A DNA stretch of 64,000 nucleotides from an uncultured Acidobacteriota bacterium (GTDB taxonomy: Bacteria > Acidobacteriota > Thermoanaerobaculia > Gp7-AA8 > JAHWKK01). Below the pieces are notes generated by a model. It searched no databases, was not told where the DNA came from, and saw nothing but the letters and a program-made list of their open reading frames with translations. The stretch is from contig CAWHHZ010000020.1 in NCBI GenBank assembly GCA_963829355.1, positions 4,278 to 68,277 of the forward strand, in the 5' to 3' direction. The translations under genes and the position numbers were made by a program. Shown here one piece after another: positions 20,920 to 32,472 of this stretch (position 1 is its first letter; every line of letters starts with the position of its first letter).

Positions 20920-21957
20920 ATGATTGCCGAAATCAGCGCCGCAGAGCGACCGACCAGCGTTCCACGATTCGTGGCGCCAATCGAGCCGGAGCTTTATGAA
21001 CATCTGATGCAGCTCGTCTCAGACGGTGTCTATGTCGTTGATCGGGATCGAAAAGTTCTTCTTTGGAACGCCAGAGCCGAAGAAATGACTGGTCGAAGCG
21101 CACAGGACGTGATCGGAAACCATTGCGCGGATCGCGTCCTGAAGCATTGCGACAGCTCCGGAGAGATCTTGTGCGGCAAGAAGTGCCCAATGGCAGCAAC
21201 GATGCGAGATGGAAAGCCACGGTCGATCGAGGCTTATTTTCTTCACAAGGAGGGACGGCGGGTTCCTGTCGAAGTTCGCTCGAGCCCGATTCGCGACGAG
21301 TTCGGGGCGATCATCGGTTGCGCTGAGCTTTTCACGGATCTGTCGGACCGGAACGCTCTTCTGGAACGGCTCGACACGGCACACGACCACGCGCGTACTG
21401 ATCCGTTGACCGGTATCGCAAACCGGCGCTATCTCGACGAGCTGCTGAGCTCGATCGGGGGAAGACGAAACGACTCCGACGTCGGCTTCATCTTTGTCGA
21501 CATCGATCACTTCAAGCGGATCAACGATACCTGGGGGCACGACGTCGGAGATCGGGTGCTGGTCCAGGTTGCCCGGACCATCAGGGACGTCGTTCGCTCC
21601 TTCGATACCGTCGGCCGGTGGGGAGGTGAAGAGCTCGTGGTCATCGCGCCGGATACGAAGCTCACCGAAGCGGTGGCACTTGCCGAACGAATCCGCGCCG
21701 TCGTGGGACAGATCGAAGTCGACGTTGCAAACGAGATGGTCCGCCCGACCGTGTCGATCGGGGTTACCACACTCCGGAATCACGAATGTGCTGACGACGC
21801 CATGGGTCGGGCGGACCAGCTCATGTACGAAAGCAAGCGGAATGGCCGGAACCGGGTCACCGCCGGATCGCCGTATCCGGATCCAATGAACTCATGGGAC
21901 CGCACGAATTGCAGCGCCTCGCGCAACGAGCACGCGCGATCGTTCGCCGCGGTGTAA
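20920..21957 (+). CDS. PAS domain plus GGDEF-family diguanylate cyclase
   Basis: PAS (DGVYVVDRDRKVLLWNARAEEMTG). The GGDEF domain has RWGGEELVV as its active-site motif. The ATG at 20920 follows GGGAGA. Confidence 0.8.
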   Translation: MIAEISAAERPTSVPRFVAPIEPELYEHLMQLVSDGVYVVDRDRKVLLWNARAEEMTGRSAQDVIGNHCADRVLKHCDSSGEILCGKKCPMAATMRDGKPRSIEAYFLHKEGRRVPVEVRSSPIRDEFGAIIGCAELFTDLSDRNALLERLDTAHDHARTDPLTGIANRRYLDELLSSIGGRRNDSDVGFIFVDIDHFKRINDTWGHDVGDRVLVQVARTIRDVVRSFDTVGRWGGEELVVIAPDTKLTEAVALAERIRAVVGQIEVDVANEMVRPTVSIGVTTLRNHECADDAMGRADQLMYESKRNGRNRVTAGSPYPDPMNSWDRTNCSASRNEHARSFAAV

Positions 21958-21961
21958 CGGT

Positions 21962-22010
21962 GGGGGTCGGGCTTCCAGGCCCGACTCGCGGGGGGCTCCG
22001 GCCCCCAGCA
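21962..22010 (+). repeat. REP-like double hairpin, copy 3
   Basis: GTCGGGcttccaggCCCGAC plus GGGGGCtccgGCCCCC. Same family as 13871 and 14014. Confidence 0.65.
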
Positions 22011-22238
22011 GGAAAAGCCTCCGATTGTCTACTGTGCGTCGCCGGATCGCGGCGCATCTGCTGTGTTGCGCTCGATCCGGCTCCTCCACCTTCCACTCTC
22101 CCGCGTCGCGGGATCGCTCGACTATACGGATCTCCAGTCAAATACGTCGTCTCGATCATCACGCTCAGCGAAGACACCAGGGGTGTCGAGAGCACCGCCG
22201 ATCGAAGACTGACACTCGAGAGGCTCGCGCAGCCACAG

Positions 22239-23276
22239 TCACAGCGTGATCCGGCGTATCCTCACGCCTGCGGAGTCAGACTGAACGATCGTGAAGTCGA
22301 TGATACCGATCGTCTTCCCCTCTGCCGACTCGGCGCGCACTCGCCATCTGCCGGGGGCGGCATTGGCTTTTGAAGAATATCCTCGATACCCGTCGGCCCG
22401 GCCACTTCGAATCGTGAAGGGAATCACGTCCGAGGTGACCCATTTGCCGGTGACTTCATCTCGTTTCTGCCAACGGTGCCGGACCGTGGTCTCGAGTCCA
22501 CGCGGAATGAAGATCGATGAGAAGCAGAAGACCGGCTCCGAGCCCCGCCGGTGGAACACGGGTGAAGAGCGAAGCCAGAACCGTCGGTGACGGGACGGCT
22601 CGATCTGCGCGGTGTAGTGGCCGGCGCGTTTCTCGACATGATGCGCGATGAAAAGCTCCTTTTTCACCAGCGGGACGGGAGGAAGGATGTTGGCGACGTG
22701 GAGAAGCAGGAGTAGTGCACCGACCGCGAAGGATGGAAGGACCGATGCCTTCTTCTTCGACAGAAGCCACAGGACGAGTGTCGCGCTGAGCGCGACGCCG
22801 GTGCTCACATAGAACCACGTCGACTGCATGCTGCGGAAAGCATGGGGGAGTGCGAAGTTGAAGAACATGATTCCGCAGGTCGTAAACAGCGTCCAGGAGA
22901 GCGTGAGTCGGGAGTAACGGTGTTCGACAAACTCGTTCCCGATCAGAAGGCCGGTCAGCCCCAGCACGAGTATGAACCCACCAATCTCACTGGAACTGAG
23001 AAAATAGAAGATTACGAGAGCACTGAAGATCCCTCCGAAGAAAAACTGGAGCGCGACGTTCTGATAGTCCTTCCATCGGTGCTCGATCTCACGACCGATA
23101 ACGAAGAGGATGGTCGCGGCGATCAGGTAGTAAATCGTAAGGACGACGAAATCGATCGGGACGATCCGGCGGCCCAGGGTGAAGGCGTCGAAGACGAATC
23201 CACCGAAAAACGATATTGCGGGAAGTGTCCGCGCAAGACGGGGATACCGCTGGCTGAGTTCGTCAAGGTTCAGCAT
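22239..23276 (-). CDS. Polytopic membrane protein with a DUF2914-like C-terminal domain, paralog 1
   Basis: About 7 TM helices, then a soluble C-terminus (RSGRADGYRGYSSKANAAPGRWRVRAES). Near-identical paralog at 57359..58396. Confidence 0.6.
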   Translation of the reverse strand: MLNLDELSQRYPRLARTLPAISFFGGFVFDAFTLGRRIVPIDFVVLTIYYLIAATILFVIGREIEHRWKDYQNVALQFFFGGIFSALVIFYFLSSSEIGGFILVLGLTGLLIGNEFVEHRYSRLTLSWTLFTTCGIMFFNFALPHAFRSMQSTWFYVSTGVALSATLVLWLLSKKKASVLPSFAVGALLLLLHVANILPPVPLVKKELFIAHHVEKRAGHYTAQIEPSRHRRFWLRSSPVFHRRGSEPVFCFSSIFIPRGLETTVRHRWQKRDEVTGKWVTSDVIPFTIRSGRADGYRGYSSKANAAPGRWRVRAESAEGKTIGIIDFTIVQSDSAGVRIRRITL

Positions 23277-23430
23277 TCAAGCCCCCGATTGTAACCGGGG
23301 AGCCGGCCCGAGCCACGGACGTTCGAACCAGCACACCGGAGGAGTGCCGGATTTCCCTTTTCCGTCGGGAACCATCACTTCACGGTGGAAACGCGTCAAT
23401 GTCTCGAGATGGTCGTGAGCAAGCAAGAAC

Positions 23431-23535
23431 AGCACACCGGAGGTGTGCCAGAAGGTAGAGTGGTAGCGCCGGAGGTGCAACCACCGGTTCAGGTCCCCCG
23501 CCCGACCACGCAGCACCCCGGCAGGGGTGCCGGAC
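23431..23535 (+). repeat. H element (three GC-rich hairpins), copy 1
   Basis: CACACCggaGGTGTG; GTGGTaGCGCCggaGGTGCaACCAC; GCACCCCggcaGGGGTGC. A hairpin-1-only fragment lies at 23325-23350. Confidence 0.75.
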
Positions 23536-23564
23536 CTCGGACGCCACCACAAAACCGCTTGCGG

Positions 23565-23616
23565 GCTGACGCATCGCAGATTGCCGAGTATCTGAGCATC
23601 TCTCGATCTGCCGTCC
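23565..23616 (+). pseudogene. Remnant of an HTH-encoding gene (same family as 51500-51795)
   Basis: Encodes ...ADASQIAEYLSISRSAV. Compare GLTHRMIGEYLGISPSAVSQ at 51.7 kb. Confidence 0.35.
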
Positions 23617-23715
23617 TCCCGATGGGGTCGTGCGCTGTCCGCTCACCGTCGATCGTTGGCGCTCTTTCGGTCGCCCGGGTATCCTCGGCCGAGTGGATCT
23701 TCGCTTTTCTGTGGG

Positions 23716-23800
23716 GTCTACGAGGAGTAGATTATTTACCGTAAATGGGTACTGATTTCCAGGATCAGTGGAATCTATCGAAACCAAAGACCTACCCCCA
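23716..23800 (+). repeat. Degenerate Y element
   Basis: TCTACgaggaGTAGA, CTGATttccagGATCAG, then ...AACCAAAGACCTACCCCCA. Confidence 0.45.
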
Positions 23801-23869
23801 CAGCCGAATGCCCCCACAGCCGAACCGAGCTGAAATGTGACGCATTTGCGCTTCCGTTTACGTCATCAA

Positions 23870-24271
23870 ATGTGCAAGACCATCAAGCAGCGCGTGAAGT
23901 TCAAGGCCTCGCCGGCCACAATCTATGATCTCCTCGCCGACTCGGAGAAGCATTCCGCCGTGACCGGAAGAAACGCGATCATCAGCAATGAGATCGGTGG
24001 GCGGTTCTCGACGAGCGACGATGAGGTCACTGGCATCAACGTCGATCTCGTTCCGGCCAAACGTATCGTTCAGGCCTGGCGTCACCGCCGGTTCCCTGAA
24101 GGCGTGTTCTCGATGGCGGCGGTCACACTGACACCGACGGCAGGCGGGACCCAGCTCATCCTGACGCATCGCGGTGTTCCGAAAGAGCTGATTCCTGAGA
24201 CCGAGCAGGCGTGGCGCGATCAGTACTGGTCGAGGATCAAAGCCTGGATCGCTGACGAAGAGCGAAGCTGA
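23870..24271 (+). CDS. SRPBCC/AHSA1-like domain protein
   Basis: KFKASPATIYDLLADSEKHSAVTG...RIVQAWR...THRGVP pattern. Confidence 0.6.
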   Translation: MCKTIKQRVKFKASPATIYDLLADSEKHSAVTGRNAIISNEIGGRFSTSDDEVTGINVDLVPAKRIVQAWRHRRFPEGVFSMAAVTLTPTAGGTQLILTHRGVPKELIPETEQAWRDQYWSRIKAWIADEERS

Positions 24272-24377
24272 GCGAGAGGTCGCCGCAGTGCGCGGTTCCG
24301 GAACGTCACCCCGGGCCACGCGGACTCATCAGCCGCGTATGACAACCCCGTTGCGGAGCGGGAAGAAACGGGGTGCC

Positions 24378-25850
24378 TTATGGGCTCTCGATTATGATCG
24401 TGAGCGGCGCGGGCGGCAGCGGAACTTCGGTTGCCTCGAACCACGTTCCCGAGGGCGACGTAACGAAGCATCCGCTGACTTGAGCACTGAATACGGATTG
24501 GATCGTGACCGCAGCTGCAGGACCGTCACCGATGTAGAGGTGTGGCTCGCCGTCGGCGGGGTAGCCCACAACCGCAGCGCGACGCGGTTCTCCTCCCGGG
24601 ACGGCATAGTAGGGAGGGAGGTAGGGGGTGCCGGTACAGTCGTTCGACTCGAAGTACAGGGAGTCGAACGATCTCCAGACCCATTCCCCGTCGTTGTCCG
24701 GGCCGAACTGAAGCGGCAACCGTGTGCCGGCGATCTCGACGAACGCAATTCCAGTGTTCATCGAGGTCGGCATCGCTGGATGGCTGTTCGACGCAGCGTC
24801 AACGAGGCGGAACCACGATGGACCCGCCGGACCCTGGACACCGTCCATTCCCGGAGATCCTTGCGGTCCCGTCAGTCCCTGTGGTCCTGGGGGGCCTTGC
24901 GCGCCATCGGCTCCCGTTGGCCCTTGCGGTCCCTGCAATCCCTTCGGTCCCGCGGGTCCCTGCGGGCCGGCTGGCCCCGCAGGGCCCTGGGCTCCTTCGA
25001 AGCCTCGCGGCCCGCGCGCCCCTTCGGGCCCCTGTGGTCCGGTAGGTCCCTGCGGCCCTTCCGGGCCGATCAGCGATGAGGTCGGGAATGTCATCTCGAA
25101 GACACTCGAATCGTGGCTTTCGTTCGTGATGAGCGAGCCGATTCCGACGAGGCGTCCCTCCCCCTCACGTACCGTGAGCTCGACGACGGCTCTGTCGATC
25201 GTCAGACCGGGAAGCAGGGCGCCGACCGCCTCGAGCCGCTGCTCGAATCCCTGCACGAAGATCGGCCACGTCCCGAGAACGACGTCATCGAGCGTGCGGA
25301 TCGTCAGGTCGGCCGCAACGGCCGATCCGGTCGTCTCGACGAGGAAGATGTTATAGCGGAAGTCAGCGTTCTGCCGGACGCCCTGGATGGTCGCCTCCTC
25401 GCCCTCGCGGAGCCCGAGGGAAGCAGGGATTCCTGAGATGGCGACGCCGTGCGTTGCCGCCTCGGGGCTCCCGGAGGTGCGCTGAAACACACGTGCGGTA
25501 ACGAGAAGCCGGTCCGCCGAACTGACGCGCGCGGCCCCAACTGCCGCGGTCACGCCGAACAGCTCCTCTGCGAAGTTTTCATAGACGCGGGTCCCGTGCG
25601 CGGGAATCGACTCGTGCACGATCGGGGCGAGTGCATGCCCCTTTCCCTGTTCCAGAAACTGAATCGCGACCGCGGCGGTCTCGCTGCCTGGATTCGTGAT
25701 CCAGAGCGTCGAATAGAACTGCGAGCCACCGAGCCCGCCCGTACGTCCGGTCGCTGGAACGATCACGTCCGTTGCGGCGAAGGCGCCGGAAAGTGTCGAT
25801 GCGCAGAGGAGGCTGAGGGCAGTCAGGGCTGTGGCCAAAAGAGATTTCAT
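24378..25850 (-). CDS. Secreted protein with a central collagen-like G-X-Y repeat
   Basis: Signal peptide [25 protein letters not shown]. About 85 residues of [22 protein letters not shown]... Confidence 0.8.
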   Translation of the reverse strand: MKSLLATALTALSLLCASTLSGAFAATDVIVPATGRTGGLGGSQFYSTLWITNPGSETAAVAIQFLEQGKGHALAPIVHESIPAHGTRVYENFAEELFGVTAAVGAARVSSADRLLVTARVFQRTSGSPEAATHGVAISGIPASLGLREGEEATIQGVRQNADFRYNIFLVETTGSAVAADLTIRTLDDVVLGTWPIFVQGFEQRLEAVGALLPGLTIDRAVVELTVREGEGRLVGIGSLITNESHDSSVFEMTFPTSSLIGPEGPQGPTGPQGPEGARGPRGFEGAQGPAGPAGPQGPAGPKGLQGPQGPTGADGAQGPPGPQGLTGPQGSPGMDGVQGPAGPSWFRLVDAASNSHPAMPTSMNTGIAFVEIAGTRLPLQFGPDNDGEWVWRSFDSLYFESNDCTGTPYLPPYYAVPGGEPRRAAVVGYPADGEPHLYIGDGPAAAVTIQSVFSAQVSGCFVTSPSGTWFEATEVPLPPAPLTIIIESP

Positions 25851-26218
25851 GCGTCGCTCCGAGTATTTACCGAATTTGAGGGAGTGACTATAGAAGATGC
25901 CGGAGAGCGGAAGCAAACTCCCAAACGCTCCTCACGACCTCGAGCTAGGTCGGCTCTGACCGCATTTACCCGCGGTTACCCGCCAGACGAGTTCGGTGCG
26001 CTGATATCGAGTGAGAAGTCTGAGGATCATGCTCTCCGCTCCTGTGAGACGGTCGTCGGAAGATCGTACCGCAGAGGCGCCGTGATTCAGTCGTGCGGTC
26101 TCGCGCTCATATGATCCAGATCATATGAAAGCGGCATCCGTCCTTTTGCTCCGCTACCCGGCATGTATGATGAACAGACAGCTCGATCGGGCTTCTACGC
26201 GTCTTCGAGAGAGAAAAC

Positions 26219-27316
26219 ATGCCTTCTTCTTTACACAGAGTCGGTCGTGAACGGTGGATTGCTGCAGCGTGGGGCCTTGCATTTACCATTGTTCTCGCAG
26301 TCCTGATCGTCGTCGGCTCGCGTAATCTGCAGAATTTCGATGCGGCGCTCGTCGGCTACACGTTCTCGGTTCTGTTCGCGACCTTCGCGATCGTTTATCG
26401 CTACGCGATGTGGCTTCAGAAGCCTCCGACGGCCCTCTACTGGCGTCGCGGGTGGCAGATGTTCTTCAAGCGGGGCTACCTGATCCGCAATGTCAGGCTC
26501 TGGTTTCAGCGGGTCACCGCGGATTTCGCGCTCAACCGGTTCATCTTCCGGCGACGGTCGAGCCGCGGACTCGCTCACTTCTTCATCATGTGGGGATGCA
26601 TCCTCGGTTTCGCGATCACGTTTCCGCTCGTGTTCGGCTGGGTGCACTTCGAAACCGTCCCGGGAGATCTCGAGTCCTACAGGACCTTTCTATTCGGGTT
26701 CCCGACTACGTCCTTTGTGATCCACTCGATCGTGGCGTTCGCTATTTTCCACGGTCTGGTCTGGTCCAGTTTCATGGTGATTGCCGGAGTCATGCTCGCC
26801 ATGCGGAGACGGATGCGCGACCACGGTGCCGCGGCAGTGCAGAAGTTCGGCGAGGATTTCCTGCCGCTCTTTCTCCTCTTCGCAATCAGCATCACGGGGC
26901 TGATGCTGACGGCCAGCTACACCTGGATGAAGGGATACGGCTACGAGTTCCTCTCTCTTCTGCACGCCATCATCGTCATCTTCACGCTACTCTATCTTCC
27001 GTTCGGAAAGTTCTTCCACATCTTCCAGCGTCCCGCCCAGCTCGGCGTGAGCTTCTACAAGGACGTGGCGGCACAGGAGGCGATGGCAACATGCGCCCGA
27101 TGCTCATCCGCATATGCCCCACTCCAGCAGATCAACGATCTGATCGAAGTCGAGCGGAAGCTCGGCTACAACTATGAGACGACCGTCCCGGGAGTCGACC
27201 ATTACCAGCGGATCTGCCCCGCGTGCCGCCGGACCATGCTCGGCGTCGCGCAGGGCGAGCTGTGGGCCGGACCCGCTTCTGCCCGACCCATCCCGTCGGC
27301 GAGAGGAATCGATTAA
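26219..27316 (+). CDS. Integral membrane subunit (NarI/DsrM-like) with a C-terminal Cys motif
   Basis: Multiple TM helices with conserved His, [13 protein letters not shown], and CARC...CPAC at the C-terminus. First gene of the oxidoreductase operon. Confidence 0.5.
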   Translation: MPSSLHRVGRERWIAAAWGLAFTIVLAVLIVVGSRNLQNFDAALVGYTFSVLFATFAIVYRYAMWLQKPPTALYWRRGWQMFFKRGYLIRNVRLWFQRVTADFALNRFIFRRRSSRGLAHFFIMWGCILGFAITFPLVFGWVHFETVPGDLESYRTFLFGFPTTSFVIHSIVAFAIFHGLVWSSFMVIAGVMLAMRRRMRDHGAAAVQKFGEDFLPLFLLFAISITGLMLTASYTWMKGYGYEFLSLLHAIIVIFTLLYLPFGKFFHIFQRPAQLGVSFYKDVAAQEAMATCARCSSAYAPLQQINDLIEVERKLGYNYETTVPGVDHYQRICPACRRTMLGVAQGELWAGPASARPIPSARGID

Positions 27317-29632
27317 ATGGCGAAGTTACCAGGAGAACAGGACGCAATTGCTGATGTCTGGGGCCCTCACCTCAACAGGATGGAGGGGTCGCGTCTCGAT
27401 CCGGGTGTCGAGCCCGACAGGACCGTCTCGACGCACTGCTGCTTCTGCGGACAGCAATGCGGGATCAATCTGAAGGTCAAGGACAACACGGTCATCGGCT
27501 TCGAGCCCCGCTACGACTTTCCATTCAACCGCGGAATGCTCTGCCCCAAGGGGGTGAAGCGCTACCTGCAGGGCGCTCATCCAGACCGTCTCGTCACGGC
27601 GCTGCGTCGCAATCCGGAGGCCGAGGGCGGTTTCTCGGCAATGCCGTACGACGAGGCAATCTCGAAGGTCGCCTCGGAGATCGAGCGCATCCAGTCGCAA
27701 TACGGTCCCGATGCGTTTGGAGTCATGAGCGGCGCGAGTCTCACTACCGAGAAGAGCTATCTGATGGGCAAGTTCGCGCGGGTCTGTCTCAAGACGCGCT
27801 ACATCGACTACAACGGCCGGCTCTGCATGGTGAGCGCCGGCGCGGCCAACAAGAAAGCCTTTGGAATCGACCGCGGCGCCAACCCCTGGAGTGACATTCT
27901 CGGAGCAGAAGTCATCATCATCGCCGGCTCGAATACCGCGGAGTGCTCCCCGATCACCACAGACTACGTCTGGCAGGCACGGGAGCGCGGCGGAAAGGTG
28001 ATCGTCGTCGATCCTCGAATCACGCCGATCGCGAGAACAGCGGATCTCTTCCTGCCGGTCAAGCCCGGGCGCGATGCTGCTCTGTTCAACGGCATTCTGA
28101 ATCTGATGATCGAGAACGACTGGCTCGATCATGAGTTCATCCGGACCAACACGGTCGGATTCGAAGCCGTCGCGGAGCACGTACGGCAATGGAATCCGAA
28201 GCGAACGGCGGAGGTCACCGGCATCGCCGAGAGCAGAATCCGCGAGGCGGCCGAGCTCTGGGGAACGGCAAAGACCAGCTTCCTGATGCACGCCCGCGGG
28301 ATCGAGCATCACTCCCACGGTGTGGAGAACGTCCTGAGCACCATCAACATCGTTCTGGCGTCGGGTCGTATCGGACGGGAGAATTGCGGTTACGCCACGG
28401 TCGTTGGCCAGGGCAATGGCCAGGGCGGCCGCGAGCACGGCCAGAAGGCCGAGCAGTTGCCCGGCTGGCGCGACATCGAGAACGAGGAGCATCGCAACTA
28501 CATCGCCGGCGTGTGGGATGTGGAGCCCGACTCACTCCCGAGAGCCGGGGTCGACGCCTACGAGATGATCCGGAAGATCGATGCGGGTGAGATCAAGGGG
28601 TTGCTGTCGATCTGCTTCAACCAGAAGATCTCACTGCCGGACAACAACTTCGTCGCCAGAGCGCTCGACAAGCTCGAGTTTTTCGTCGTGATCGACTTCT
28701 TCCTGAGCGAGACGGCACACCATGCGGACATCGTGCTTCCGGGCTCGCTCCACGAGGAGGACGAGGGAGTCGTTGCCCAGGTCGAGGGACGGGTCATCAA
28801 GATCAACAAGGCGGTCGATCCCCCCGGAGACGCGACGCAGGACTGGCGCATCATTCAGGACATCGCGAAGGCACTCGGCCGGACGCACGGCATGACCTTC
28901 CAGAATCCACGGGAGATGTTCGAGGAGCTTCGCATCGCGTCGAAGGGTGGCGTGGCGGACTACTACGGCATCACGTGGGAGAAGATCGAGGCGCAGAACG
29001 GCGTCTTCTGGCCCTGTCCATCGGAGGACCATCCCGGAACGCCGCGACTGTTCGAGCCTGGTTCATGGAATGTCGTGGCGGACGGTGCCGGTCCCTTTTA
29101 CTTTCCGGACGGCAAGGCGCGTTTCGTGGTTCCCGAGTACCGGCCTCCCGCCGAGGACGTCGATGATGAGTATCCGGTGATTCTCACGACGGGTCGTGTG
29201 ATCAGCCAGTTCCTTTCCGGCACCCAGACACGCCGGATCGGCCCGCTGGTCGACCAGTATCCGGAGCCCCGCATGGAGATTCACCCGCGTCTCGCAGACA
29301 AGTACTCGATTCGCGACGGTGAGTGGGTCGAAATCGCCTCACGACGAGGCGCGATGAAGTTGCGGGCGCAGGTCGTCACGACGATTCGCCCCGACACGGT
29401 TTTCATCCCTTACCACTGGGCCGGCCGCAAGTCGGCCAACCAGTTGACGATCTCCGCGCAGGATCCGGTCTCGAAGATTCCGGAGTTCAAGGTATGTGCG
29501 GTCCGCATCCGTCCGATCGATCCTCCCTCCGACGCGTCGATGCGCGGGGCGGAAGGACCCGGCTCATCCGGCTCATTCAGTTCGAGCCCCGAGAGCGACG
29601 ATCCCAAAGAACGCATACAGCAAGGAAGGTGA
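27317..29632 (+). CDS. Molybdopterin (bis-MGD) oxidoreductase catalytic subunit, NasA/NarB/FdhA-like
   Basis: N-terminal 4Fe-4S motif [10 protein letters not shown]...CPKG. Molybdopterin-binding and C-terminal beta-barrel regions. No Tat signal. Confidence 0.8.
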   Translation: MAKLPGEQDAIADVWGPHLNRMEGSRLDPGVEPDRTVSTHCCFCGQQCGINLKVKDNTVIGFEPRYDFPFNRGMLCPKGVKRYLQGAHPDRLVTALRRNPEAEGGFSAMPYDEAISKVASEIERIQSQYGPDAFGVMSGASLTTEKSYLMGKFARVCLKTRYIDYNGRLCMVSAGAANKKAFGIDRGANPWSDILGAEVIIIAGSNTAECSPITTDYVWQARERGGKVIVVDPRITPIARTADLFLPVKPGRDAALFNGILNLMIENDWLDHEFIRTNTVGFEAVAEHVRQWNPKRTAEVTGIAESRIREAAELWGTAKTSFLMHARGIEHHSHGVENVLSTINIVLASGRIGRENCGYATVVGQGNGQGGREHGQKAEQLPGWRDIENEEHRNYIAGVWDVEPDSLPRAGVDAYEMIRKIDAGEIKGLLSICFNQKISLPDNNFVARALDKLEFFVVIDFFLSETAHHADIVLPGSLHEEDEGVVAQVEGRVIKINKAVDPPGDATQDWRIIQDIAKALGRTHGMTFQNPREMFEELRIASKGGVADYYGITWEKIEAQNGVFWPCPSEDHPGTPRLFEPGSWNVVADGAGPFYFPDGKARFVVPEYRPPAEDVDDEYPVILTTGRVISQFLSGTQTRRIGPLVDQYPEPRMEIHPRLADKYSIRDGEWVEIASRRGAMKLRAQVVTTIRPDTVFIPYHWAGRKSANQLTISAQDPVSKIPEFKVCAVRIRPIDPPSDASMRGAEGPGSSGSFSSSPESDDPKERIQQGR

Positions 29633-29637
29633 GGGGA

Positions 29638-30276
29638 GTGAGTCGTCTGAATCAGGAGTTCTTCGTCGATCCCAATCGCTGCATTGGCTGTCAGTCATGC
29701 GTGGCTGCATGCAGTGAGTGCGACACTCATCGCGGGCATTCGATGATCCATCTCCAGTACGTGGAACGACCGATCTCGGTCCAGACGGTGCCGGTGATCT
29801 GCATGCACTGCGACTCGCCCACCTGTGCGGAGGTATGCCCGGCGGATGCAATCAAACGTACCGATGACGGCGTGGTGCAGAGCGCGAGCGAACCTCGATG
29901 CATCTCGTGCAACAACTGCGTTCTCGCATGTCCCTTCGGCGTTCCGAAGATGCAGGTCGAGTTCTCGCTGATGATGAAGTGCGACATGTGTTACGACCGC
30001 ACCTCGGTCGGCAAGAAGCCGATGTGCGCGAGCGTCTGTCCTTCAGGGGCGCTCTATTTCGGTACTCGTGAAGACCTGGCGGCCATGCGGCCCCAGTCCG
30101 AGCCAGTCAACAGCTTCAGGTTTGGCAATCAGACGATCACGACGAAGGTGAACATGATGGTCCCTGAGAAACAACCCGTCCAGCAGATCGACGTCCTTTC
30201 CGCGATGGAGGATGAGCCCGTGGGCCGATCCAGTACGCTGGAGAGCGTATTCGACAACGTTTTCGAGGACCTCTGA
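29638..30276 (+). CDS. 4Fe-4S dicluster ferredoxin-type subunit
   Basis: [37 protein letters not shown] and CDMC...CASVCP. GTG start 6 nt after the upstream stop. Confidence 0.8.
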   Translation: MSRLNQEFFVDPNRCIGCQSCVAACSECDTHRGHSMIHLQYVERPISVQTVPVICMHCDSPTCAEVCPADAIKRTDDGVVQSASEPRCISCNNCVLACPFGVPKMQVEFSLMMKCDMCYDRTSVGKKPMCASVCPSGALYFGTREDLAAMRPQSEPVNSFRFGNQTITTKVNMMVPEKQPVQQIDVLSAMEDEPVGRSSTLESVFDNVFEDL

Positions 30277-30283
30277 GGCGAGT

Positions 30284-30865
30284 ATGAAAACGACACCGAC
30301 GACTCGCGCCACCCCGGACCAGTTGACCGTTCCCCCCGACGGCAGGCCGTTTCACGACCAGCCGCAATGGCGCAACGACTTTCCGATCGACAAGCCGCAG
30401 GATGACTACGTCTCACGACGGGACTTCGCCAAGTTTCTGGTGCTGACCTCGTTCGCATTCGTGGTGGGGCAGGCGTGGATCGTGGGACAGAACTTCTTTC
30501 GCCGGCGCCGTGGCCTTCCCGAGGTGAAGAAGATTGCAGCGCTGAAGGATCTGCCTCCGATCGGTGCTGCAATGGTGTTCAGCTATCCAGACGAGGGTGA
30601 CCATTGCATCCTCGTTCGGACGGGCGAGCAGTCGTTCGTGGCCTATGACCAGAAATGCACTCATCTGTCCTGCGCGGTGGTGCCGCAGTATGCCGAGAAC
30701 AGGATTTACTGCCCCTGTCATCACGGCTTCTTCGATCTCCAGACGGGAAGCGTGCTCGCAGGACCGCCTCAACGGGCTCTCACCCGGGTGACTCTCGAGA
30801 TTCGTGACGGTGTCCTCTATGCGACCGGTCTGAAGGTTCATACCTCGGAAGGAGGCTCTTCATGA
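30284..30865 (+). CDS. Rieske [2Fe-2S] protein with a membrane-anchor/Tat-like segment
   Basis: CTHLSCAV ... CPCHHGFF. SRRDFAKFL followed by a TM helix. Confidence 0.8.
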   Translation: MKTTPTTRATPDQLTVPPDGRPFHDQPQWRNDFPIDKPQDDYVSRRDFAKFLVLTSFAFVVGQAWIVGQNFFRRRRGLPEVKKIAALKDLPPIGAAMVFSYPDEGDHCILVRTGEQSFVAYDQKCTHLSCAVVPQYAENRIYCPCHHGFFDLQTGSVLAGPPQRALTRVTLEIRDGVLYATGLKVHTSEGGSS

Positions 30866-31086
30866 GAGGACTCTTCTCGCGCGCGCAGAAGTCGACCATT
30901 GCTCTGGGCATTCTCAACATCGTCGTCGTGATCGTCATCCTGCAGCTCTGGCTGCTCACGGCCACGATGCATGCATTTCTCGGCGGCGAGGAGGCTGTGA
31001 TCATTCCGGCCGCGCTCGTCAGCGTCGTGTGCTTCGCACTGAACGCGGGCTTGTTGTGGTACCTCTACAAGCTCGAGCTGGATTGA
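30862..31086 (+). CDS. Small two-TM membrane protein
   Basis: ATGA overlap with the Rieske gene stop. Hydrophobic 74-aa product. Confidence 0.5.
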   Translation: MRGLFSRAQKSTIALGILNIVVVIVILQLWLLTATMHAFLGGEEAVIIPAALVSVVCFALNAGLLWYLYKLELD

Positions 31087-31091
31087 GCGAC

Positions 31092-32189
31092 GTGACCACA
31101 GGCTCGACGAAAGAGGGGGCTCCGAGCTCAGGGTGGAGACGAGCTGTGGAGGAGTTCTCCGTCGCCAACTTTGCGATGGTCATGGCGACTGGGATTGTCG
31201 GCATTGCCGCGGATCTGCTCGACTGGCCGGTAATCCCTGCGGCCCTGTTCTGGATCAACATGGTCGCCTTCATAGTCTTCTGGATCGTGATGGTGGCACG
31301 AGTCGCCATGTTTCCGCGGCGGGTATTTTCCGAGTTGATCGGGCACGGCTCCGGTGCGGCGTTCTTCACGACTGTCGCCGCGACCGCGGTTCTGGCGACG
31401 CAGATCCTCCGGCGCTCTGCCGACTACGAGGTTGCACTCGGCTTATGGATCTTCGCTGTGCTGCTGTGGCTCGGCATCACCTACACGTTCTTCGCGGCCT
31501 TGACGGTCAAGGAGGAGAAGCCGTCACTCGACAAAGGGATCTCCGGAGCCTGGCTCGTCGCGGTCGTCGCGACCCAGTCGATTGCGATTCTCTCGACTCT
31601 CATGGCGGCCCACTGGACACAGCCGTGGCGTATGATGGGGAACTTTCTAGGTCTCTCGATGTGGCTATGGGGCGGGATGCTCTACATCTGGATGATCTCG
31701 ATGATCTTCTACCGCTACACCTTCTTTCGTTTCTCACCCGCTGATCTCACCCCGCCGTACTGGATCAATATGGGGGCGATGGCAATCTCGACGCTTGCCG
31801 GATCGCTCCTGATCTTCAACAGCCAGAACGGATCGCCCTACCTCGCGTCGCTCCAGCCGTTTCTCAAAGGATTCACGGTCTTTTACTGGGCGACGGGAAC
31901 GTGGTGGATCCCGATGCTGGTAATCCTGGGATTCTGGCGTCATGTGTATCGCGGCTTTCCGCTTCAATACGATCCACTCTACTGGGGGGCGGTCTTCCCT
32001 CTCGGCATGTACACGGCCGCGACGTGGCAGATGTCACGCGCAATGGACCTCGTTTTTCTTCTCGTACTCCCCCGAGGATTCTTCCTCATTGCGATTGCAG
32101 CGTGGGTTGCAACCTTCTTCGGACTCCTCCTCGCTCTGTTCAGACACAGGGGGATGGCCTTCTCCGCCCGGGGCGGGGCCAGGGACTGA
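31092..32189 (+). CDS. TehA/Mae1 (TDT) family anion transporter
   Basis: About 10 TM helices and an FSVANFAMVMATGIV start typical of the family. GTG at 31092 follows the upstream stop. Confidence 0.6.
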   Translation: MTTGSTKEGAPSSGWRRAVEEFSVANFAMVMATGIVGIAADLLDWPVIPAALFWINMVAFIVFWIVMVARVAMFPRRVFSELIGHGSGAAFFTTVAATAVLATQILRRSADYEVALGLWIFAVLLWLGITYTFFAALTVKEEKPSLDKGISGAWLVAVVATQSIAILSTLMAAHWTQPWRMMGNFLGLSMWLWGGMLYIWMISMIFYRYTFFRFSPADLTPPYWINMGAMAISTLAGSLLIFNSQNGSPYLASLQPFLKGFTVFYWATGTWWIPMLVILGFWRHVYRGFPLQYDPLYWGAVFPLGMYTAATWQMSRAMDLVFLLVLPRGFFLIAIAAWVATFFGLLLALFRHRGMAFSARGGARD

Positions 32190-32223
32190 CAGTCACCGAG
32201 CGCGTGGCGCGCGAAGGTGCCTT

Positions 32224-32472
32224 TCATTTTACGGCGTCCCGTACCTTCGATATGCGATTTCGTCGAATTCGGGCGAACTCGTCCCTGCCCGAGTCCGCTC
32301 CAACCGCGGCGATCGCCCACATCACGTCCGGGTCGTCCGGCTCGCGCTCGAGTTCGTACCAGTGAAGCTCGAGCGACCTGGTGTCGCCGTCGTACGCTTC
32401 GGTTGCCACTGGAAGAAGCCGTTCATCGTGACTCTCCTGTGCGACACCTTGTGCCGGAAACCGACAGCTCAT
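32224..32472 (-). CDS. 76-aa-family small acidic protein, divergent copy B
   Basis: SHDERLLPVATEAYDGDTRSLELHWYELEREPDDPDVMWAIAAVGADS matches 35219..35449, then diverges. The only in-frame ATG lies inside the 20-nt repeat. Confidence 0.35.
   Translation of the reverse strand: MSCRFPAQGVAQESHDERLLPVATEAYDGDTRSLELHWYELEREPDDPDVMWAIAAVGADSGRDEFARIRRNRISKVRDAVK

Noticed and set aside
21600-21620. Treating the GGEEL variant of the GGDEF motif as evidence for an inactive cyclase
   Set aside because: GG(D/E)EF tolerates some variation at the last position. Activity cannot be judged from the sequence alone, so it is noted only in the feature evidence.
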